In this document: positions 8,728 to 15,170 of the stretch, one piece after another
Layout of the letters: the number at the start of each line of letters is the position of its first letter
How positions within the stretch are numbered: the first letter of the stretch is position 1
Assembly (NCBI RefSeq): GCF_006345805.1
Contig: NW_021825555.1
Coordinates: forward strand, 1 to 15,170
Origin: Octopus sinensis
Lineage: Eukaryota
Reading direction: 5' to 3'
DNA: 15,170 nt
Position numbers and translations under genes: made by a program
Notes under the pieces: model-generated
Seen by the model: the letters and a program-made list of their open reading frames with translations, nothing else
Databases searched by the model: none
What the model was told of the DNA's origin: nothing

Positions 8728-9700
8728 TTGATAAAACGGTAAGATAACAAAAGAAAGAAAGAGACCTCAATATTATGTAAATAGAGGAAATTTATCTATA
8801 CAATATGTTACATTACTCGGTAGTCAAGATAAAACTCTGAGTTTCAGATGCCGAAGTGGAAATCCACAACACCATCTCTTCGGTTATCTGGCTATTTGAA
8901 AACGTTATGAAAAAATACCGTTAAAAATGAAGGGAAATTACTCTGTTATAACTCTGCTTTGCCTGCGTACTTATACATCGCTCGCATTTTTCGTCATAAA
9001 AATTATATAAAAATACATAAAAATATAAAAATATATAAAATCTTCTTGGGACATAACACAGAAAGCATGTTCTATCCGTTTTCTTTAGGGGACCAAAAAC
9101 GTAACAGAATTTAGTCACATGTGGGCATGATCCGAAACTCTGTCCTTGTATTTAGACATGTGGTAGGGTCTAAGCTGCTTTTCCAGATAAGCCATCTCTC
9201 CATGTCGCATAAACCGCACCTTCCGCTGCCGTTAGTATAGGGCTTACATCTGGCCAAAATCTTCCATTGTATGTTATAATCGACACCTTTATCTCTTAAA
9301 GACCAAATATGATTGGATAATTGTGTCGCTTTTCTTTTGTTCCAGTGCCTAAAGCTCAAAGTGTGGTTATTGAACCTGGCCTTGAAATTACCCTCTGTCA
9401 GGCCCACGTATTTCTTCGTCGAAACGGTGTCTTTAGTGTTATATATTTGTTTTTACGGTAGCTTCATATATGATGGTCTTGGACATGCAAGCTCCATTTA
9501 GCGGGCACAATTCTTTATTCCTGCATGAACAGCTGTTTTCTTTCTTGTGTTTTTTGTATGTTATGATTGATTATGTTTTTAAAATTGGTAGTTGAACTAA
9601 AACTAATTTTTAAATTGTGTCTATTGAAGAGTTTCCTATAAGCATGGTTAACTGGAAAATGTCTATCTATCAGTGCTAGGAAATAACCAATTGTTAGACG
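8728..9700 (-). mobile_element. Penelope-like element (Neptune-type) 3' part: linker, Cys-rich motif, GIY-YIG endonuclease (9111-9700) and 3' terminal region with hammerhead
   Basis: [101 protein letters not shown]. Frameshifted. The downstream non-coding part ends at (TA)n 8706-8727. Confidence 0.88.
8827..8889 (-). ncRNA. Type I hammerhead-like fold with variant core
   Basis: Reverse complement AGATAA-CCGAAGA-GATG..CATC-T-GAAA-CTCAGAG-TT-TTATCT. Perfect 6-bp stem I, stem II and short stem III. Deviations: U4C, an extra U before GAAA, and a GUU triplet. Lies in the 3' region of the PLE. Confidence 0.6.
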
Positions 9701-9756
9701 GTGGTAATTGCTCTGTACAATGCAATAACGTGCGTATATATATACACGTATATATG

Positions 9757-9788
<32 letters not shown>

Positions 9789-10049
9789 GTGTGTGTGTGC
9801 GAGCGTGTGTGTGTGTGCAATTTGAGAACTTTCAGAACGAGTGGCCAGGAAACTATGTTGGTCCCAGGGAGAACGTTTATCTTCAGCAGTGAGACCATTG
9901 CTCTCAGCTACGGCCGCTCAGCGGAACTCTAAGCAAACGATACTACATCAAAAAGTTTACTTCGAAAGAGGCGGTTGAGCAACCGGGAGGGCTTCAAAGG
10001 ATTACGACTTTATTTCCTGGGGTGAAGACGGGAAAGATAGGCAGTGACA

Positions 10050-10395
10050 CGTATAGAAAGGTTCCGAAGGGGCCGGTACCAAACTTTTGGCATCGAAAAT
10101 TATACAAACCCCTACACAGGACCCTACTTCACATTTCCAAAGGTCAGTTGCTGCAATAAACTGTGTTTCAAAGGTTTCTGGGCTATTTAATATCTGGCTG
10201 GAAAAACCTAGGGATCTACATTGAGTGGGGTTAGATGTTTTCAAGAAGAATCTTGACCTTCTGCTGTCCGTGATCGCAGATAAGCCTATATCAGGGCAAG
10301 ATATTCGAATGAGGGCAACAATACTAAAATCTCTCGTACATCAAAAGGCAAACACATGAGAACTGGCGTGGAAAATGGCGGTGCCCCAACATAGT
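10050..10395 (+). pseudogene. CR1-type LINE ORF2 C-terminus and 3' end (may extend upstream to about 9820)
   Basis: KVPKGPVPNF/GIENYTNP..CNKLCFKG..LFNI..RDLH*VGLDVFKKNLDLLLSVIADKP..RMRA..SLVHQ, stop at 10357-10359. Resembles the FK..LD..L..(I/V)PD.P end of CR1 ORF2. Confidence 0.65.
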
Positions 10396-10476
10396 CGCAT
10401 ACATTCATACACACACGCACGCATGCACATACACACACACACACACATACACATACACATACACACACACATATAT

Positions 10477-10686
10477 AAACGTTAGCACGCCGGGCGAAAT
10501 GCGTAGCCGTATTTCGTCTGTCGTTACGTTCCGGGTTCAAATTCCGTCGAGGTCGACTTTGCCTTTCATCCTTTCGGGGTCGATAAATTAAGTACCAGTT
10601 ACGCACTGGGGTCGATGTAATCGACTTAATCCCTTTGTTTGTCCTTGTCTGTCCCCTCTGTGTTTAGCCCCTTGTGGGTAGTAAAG

Positions 10687-10691
<5 letters not shown>
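10477..10691 (+). mobile_element. SINE family A, slightly 5'-truncated, between microsatellites
   Basis: High identity to 305-532 and 14050-14274. Confidence 0.88.
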
Positions 10692-10720
<29 letters not shown>

Positions 10721-10726
<6 letters not shown>

Positions 10727-10830
10727 ATCGACCAGACTATCAGATGTTGCTACACATCGCTGGTCACAGTGCGCTTCGCATTGTTTTAGCCTTCAAATGA
10801 CGCCACCCCGCTGGCTAAGCGAGCAGGCCA
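10721..10830. repeat. Probable interspersed-repeat fragment embedded in (TA)n
   Basis: A 110-bp GC-richer island with sharp (TA)n borders on both sides. It resembles an octopus repeat I recall, but there is no second copy in the window. Confidence 0.35.
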
Positions 10831-10914
10831 CTATATATATATATATATATATATATAAATACTGTATTATATGTGTGCGTATGTCTAAACGCACACATGA
10901 CACAGTCAGAGATG

Positions 10915-10950
<36 letters not shown>

Positions 10951-11623
10951 CGGGGGGGAGGATAAAAAGGGAAGAGGATCAGGGGGGAGCTCAATTGATT
11001 ACATCCTGAGTTTAATCATCTTTTATATGGCAAAAAAAGCAATATATAACACACACACACACACGGTTTAGAGAGGGAAAGAATAAAGGCAGTAAGAGAG
11101 GCACGAGGAAAACGGGGGAGCATAGAAGGAGGAGAGGGCGGAGGAGGAGCAAGAGAGAGGAAGGAAACAGTAATTTCTCAGAGCGTGGAAAACAGAAACG
11201 TTTGGTGACGGCCGTCATTACTGTTGCTAATTCTTCACCTTTTTTTCCTCGTTTGCATCGCCAACGACGACGCCATTATAGAATTTACTTGTTGCTCTTC
11301 TTGATTTTTTAGTTACTTCTCTTCTCTTCTATAGTCATCGTCGTTGTCGTCGACAACACAGGCGTTTACGTTTACGGGTGAATGCAGCTTAGATACGCTC
11401 AGGGTACGTGGATGCGCGCGCGAGAGAGAGAGGACAAGCAAGGGAGAGAGAGAGTGTGGGGGGGAGACAGACAGATAGAGAGGGAGAGAGTGATGGATAC
11501 ATGCACCCGTTTTTGTTAACTTTTGAGTACAAAATGCCATAATGCTACGCCCGACAGATTCTAGAGTGCATTCGCTGGTACTGGTGAATATATGTATATA
11601 TAGCGTATATATATATAGCGTGT

Positions 11624-11674
<51 letters not shown>

Positions 11675-11678
<4 letters not shown>

Positions 11679-11841
11679 AAGTTAATCCAAACAAGAAAAC
11701 ACAGAAATAAACAGCAACGCGAGGACGTGGAACAATTAAAGTATTATTTGACGCTCAGGAAAGAAGGGAAGGAGGGTTTAACGTTTCGAGCGGAGCTCTT
11801 CGTCGGAACCAAGGAGAGGAAAGATCCCAAGAAGGGAAGAC
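11675..11841 (-). mobile_element. About 165-bp hammerhead-bearing mini-element embedded in (TA)n (PLE terminal repeat or retrozyme-like monomer)
   Basis: Complex sequence bounded by (TA)n on both sides and containing the hammerhead fold at 11775-11810. Confidence 0.55.
11775..11810 (-). ncRNA. Minimal type I hammerhead-like fold with variant core
   Basis: Reverse complement GGTT-CCGACGA-A-GAGC-TCC-GCTC-GAAA-CGT-TA-AACC. 4-bp stem I, 4-bp stem II, palindromic AACGTT at stem III. U4C variant plus a one-base insertion after A9. Confidence 0.65.
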
Positions 11842-11874
<33 letters not shown>

Positions 11875-12340
11875 ATATATTATATATACATATACATATA
11901 TATATATATGTGTGTGTGTGTGCTCGTAGGAAAAACATGAAGAGTATAACCTGGATTCATATATATATAATATATATATATCACACACACGAGGATGTAT
12001 GACGTTTTCATTGATAGAAAGTTATAAAAGTGGCCCAAGGGCCCGGAATTCCATGCGTGACACTTAACAGCCTTTCCTAAGTGCTATGCACAAATATGTT
12101 GCCTCTAGATTCGCTTTGGTAATATTCTATCGATTTAAAAATTCTATAAATATTTATTTGTTACAGCAAACATACAAACTTGTCAACTGTACCAATTCTT
12201 CCGTAAATAAAAAAAAAACATAAAAATAAATAAACAAAAAATAAAAATGAACAACGTTCACGAATTTTCGAGTCTTATTGCGGTCTCATCAGAGGTTTGT
12301 GCATTACTTGACCAACCCAGAAAAACGATCAGTCAATATA

Positions 12341-12735
12341 CTCTCTTTACTCTTTTACTTGTTTCAGTCATTTGACTGCGGCCATGCTGGAGCACCGACT
12401 TTAGTCGAGCAAATCGACCCCGGGACTTATTCTTTGTAAGCCCAGTACTTATTCTATCGGTCTTTTTTGCCGAACCGCTAAGTGACGGGGACGTAAACAC
12501 ACCAGCATCGGTTGTCAAGCAATGCTAGGGGGACAAACACACACACACACATATATATATATACATATATACGACAGGCTTCTTTCAGTTTCCGTCTACC
12601 AAATCCACTCAGAAGGCATTGGTCGGCCCGGGGCTATAGCAGAAGACACTTTCCCAAGATGCCACGCAGTGGGACTGAACCCGGAACCATGTGGTTGGTT
12701 AGCAAGCTACTTACCACACAGCCACTCCTGCGCCT
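12341..12735 (-). mobile_element. tRNA-derived SINE family B, full length, with internal (TA)/(TG) microsatellite
   Basis: Reverse complement starts AGGCGCAGGAGTGGCTGTGTGGTAAG (A-box), then GGGTTCAGTCCC (B-box) and CTTGGGAAAGTGTCTT. Ends GAAACAAGTAAAAGAGTAAAGAGAG. The 3' half is repeated at 13030. Confidence 0.8.
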
Positions 12736-13029
12736 TATATGTTTATATATACATATCAAATCCAGAAGCCTCAGAGAATTGGCGCTACTAATCTGTATAC
12801 TATAAGTAACACTTTAGTTAATACCAGAAATATAGACATCTTCACCTTTATTTACTATGTAAGAAGAGAATAACACCTCTTAAATCCTCAAGTATATCCA
12901 CAGTTGTAACTGTAGATATATTTAAGGCTTGTTTTTCACGCTGTTTGTATACACACATATCTATGATACACACATATCTATCTAATTGATATATATATAT
13001 ATATATATTATTATATATAATAATATATA

Positions 13030-13200
13030 CTCTTTACTCTCCTTTTACTTGTTTCAGTCATTTGATGTGGCCACGCTGAACACCGCCTTTTAGTCAAGCA
13101 AATCGACCCCAGGACTTATTCTGCTGGACCGCTAAGTTACGGGGACATAAACACACCAGCATCGGTTGTCAAGCGATGTTGGGTGAACATACACACACAT

Positions 13201-13233
<33 letters not shown>

Positions 13234-13235
13234 CG
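13030..13235 (-). mobile_element. SINE family B, 3' half with internal deletion
   Basis: Aligns to 12343-12573. Lacks the segment between the two ACTTATTCT motifs and part of the following sequence. Confidence 0.8.
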
Positions 13236-13249
13236 CCTATATATATATA

Positions 13250-13350
13250 CGAGGAGATACTCAAAAGTAACCGAAAACGTTCTCTGTGTGACAAACCTGT
13301 TGTAGTTCAGGCTTCCTCCGCTAGAAGCCACTTGATGCGTCCCCCAGGCA
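13250..13350 (+). mobile_element. Possible single end of a Tc1/mariner element
   Basis: TA|CGAGGAGATACTCAAAAGT resembles mariner TIR starts (TA-CGAGGG...AAAAGT). No partner TIR seen. Confidence 0.35.
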
Positions 13351-13430
13351 TCATATACACATACATATATACAAACTCATATACAAGACTTGGACAAAAT
13401 TATGCTAACACCAACAAAACTGTGAGGACG

Positions 13431-13432
<2 letters not shown>

Positions 13433-13495
<63 letters not shown>
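13433..13495. repeat. (GA)n microsatellite
   Basis: Direct reading. Confidence 0.95.
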
Positions 13496-13499
<4 letters not shown>

Positions 13500-13717
13500 C
13501 AGAGAGAACGAACAAATTCAGAAACTACGACGTACAAGTGCTTTGCTTTTCAGTGAGAAGTTGTGACGTTCATGCGTTCTTCTCAAGATGTGAGACAGAG
13601 AAAGGATTTGAAACCGGTTGCTCTTAGTTCAAGCCAAGGTTTTTCGAGTCCAGAATCAAAGTAGGTTCCTTCAGTGCACGACTTTTCTTGCACCAAGACA
13701 CCCGACGGCGCCCACCG

Positions 13718-13819
13718 ATGGTGATGATGATGATGACGACGACGATGGCGATTATGATAATGATATCCAAAATGATATTTATAATACTAATAAGCGATAA
13801 GGATGAGAGCGATAATAAC

Positions 13820-13851
<32 letters not shown>

Positions 13852-13925
13852 TAATAATAATAATAATAATAATGATAATAATGTAGTTTAATGACGTTAA
13901 TGATAATGGCGATAAAGTGATAATG
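13718..13925. repeat. (GAT)/(GAC)/(AAT)n trinucleotide low-complexity tract
   Basis: Direct reading. Purest (AAT)n at 13813-13881. Confidence 0.9.
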
Positions 13926-14049
13926 TTACTGGAGATAGATAATATCTTGAAGTTACGCAGTAAGAATTGGTGTTAATTTTCCTGATGGGAAAGGAAATGG
14001 ATAGGAGGAGGTTGGTGGTGGTAGTGCCGATGGTGGTGGTGGTGTTGAA

Positions 14050-15005
14050 GGCGGCGAGCTGGCAGAAACGTTAGCACGCCGGGCGAAATGCGTAGCCGTA
14101 TTTCGTCTACCGTTACGTTCTGAGTTCAAATTCCGCCGAGGTCGATTTTTACCTTTCATCCTTTCGGGGGTCGATAAATTAAGTACCAGTTACGCACTGA
14201 GGTCGATGTAATCGACTTAATCCCTTTGTCCTTGTTTGTCCCCTCTGTGTTTACTAGTGGGTAGTAAAGAAATAGGTATTTCGTCTACCTTTACGTTCTG
14301 AGTTCAAATTTCCGCCGAGGTCGACTTTGGCTTTCAATCCTTTCGGGGTCGATATTAAGTACGAGTTACGCACTGAGGTCGATGTAATCGACTTACTCCC
14401 TTTGTCTGTCCTTGTTTGTCCCCTCTGTGTTTTTAGCCCCTAGCGGGTAGTAAGAAATAGGTATTTCGTCTACCTTTACGTTCTGAGTTCAAATTCCGCC
14501 GAGGTCGACTTTGCCTTTCATCCTTTCGGGGTCGATAAATTAAGTACGAGTTACGCACTGAGGTCGATGTAATCGACTTAATCCCTTTGTCCTTGTTTGT
14601 CCCCTCTGTGTTTTAGCCTCTAGTGGTTAGTAAGAAATAGGTATTTCGTCTACCTTTACGTTCTGAGTTCAAATTCCGCCGAGGTCGACTTTGCTTTCAT
14701 CCTTTCGGGGGTCGATAAATGGAGTACCAGTTACGGCACTGAGGTCGATGTAATCGACTTAATCCTTTGTCTGTCCTTGTTTGTCCTCTCTGTGTTTAGC
14801 CCTTGTGGGTAGTAAAGAAACTGGTATTTCGTCTGCCGCTACGTTCTGAGTTCAAATTCCGCCGAGGTCGACTTTGCCTTTCATCCTTTCGGGGGTCGAT
14901 AAATTAAGTACCAGTTACGCCTGGGGTCGATGTAATTGACTTAATCCGTTTGTCTGTCTTGTTTTTCCCCTCTATATTTAGCCCCTTTGTGGGCAGTAAA
15001 GAAAT
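14050..15005 (+). mobile_element. SINE family A tandem array: one complete head plus five units of about 180 bp
   Basis: Units start at about 14097, 14275, 14460, 14640 and 14823. Only the first is preceded by the A-box head (14050-14096). Confidence 0.92.
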
Positions 15006-15131
15006 GGATGGTGGTGTTTTAATGGTAGTGACGGTGGTGGTGATGATGATGGTGGAGATAGTAGTGGCAGCAGTAGTAGTGATGGGTGGTAGTAGTAGTA
15101 GTATAGTAGTAGTAGTAGTAATGGGTGGTGT
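15006..15131. repeat. (GGT)/(GTA)/(GAT) trinucleotide low-complexity tract
   Basis: Direct reading. A similar tract lies on the left of the array (14003-14046). Confidence 0.85.
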
Positions 15132-15170
15132 CATTGTTATTTAACGCCAAAGAGACCTGATTGAGTGGCC

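Noticed and set aside
12253-12297. Minus-strand CTGATGA...GAAA hammerhead candidate
   Set aside because: Core boxes are correctly spaced, but stem II pairs only 2 bp, stem III is poor and stem I is mismatched. At best a decayed copy.
14050-15005. CRISPR-like array
   Set aside because: Units are about 180-bp near-identical repeats with no unique spacers, in eukaryotic context with no cas genes.

Overview
AT-rich eukaryotic non-coding DNA with no recognisable host exon. The repeat families and microsatellite load suggest an octopus/cephalopod genome (inference from recall, not a search). The window is a nested mosaic of mobile elements. It holds two decayed R4/Dong-type (RLE) retrotransposon 3' fragments, one split by a 367-bp Helitron and one by a 413-bp MITE (29-bp TIRs, 8-bp TSD). 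It also holds Penelope-like (Neptune-type) RT and GIY-YIG fragments, a CR1-type 3' end, several tRNA-derived SINE families including a five-unit tandem array, and long TA/CA/GA/TAA microsatellites. The most interesting signal is a set of small type I hammerhead ribozyme folds (6329-6375 +, 8827-8889 -, 11775-11810 -). Two of them carry a non-canonical CCGANGA core. A 53-bp-arm foldback built from hammerhead 3' halves sits at 4411-4520, and several of these elements abut (TA)n tracts. Almost all ORFs in the supplied track are microsatellite artefacts.
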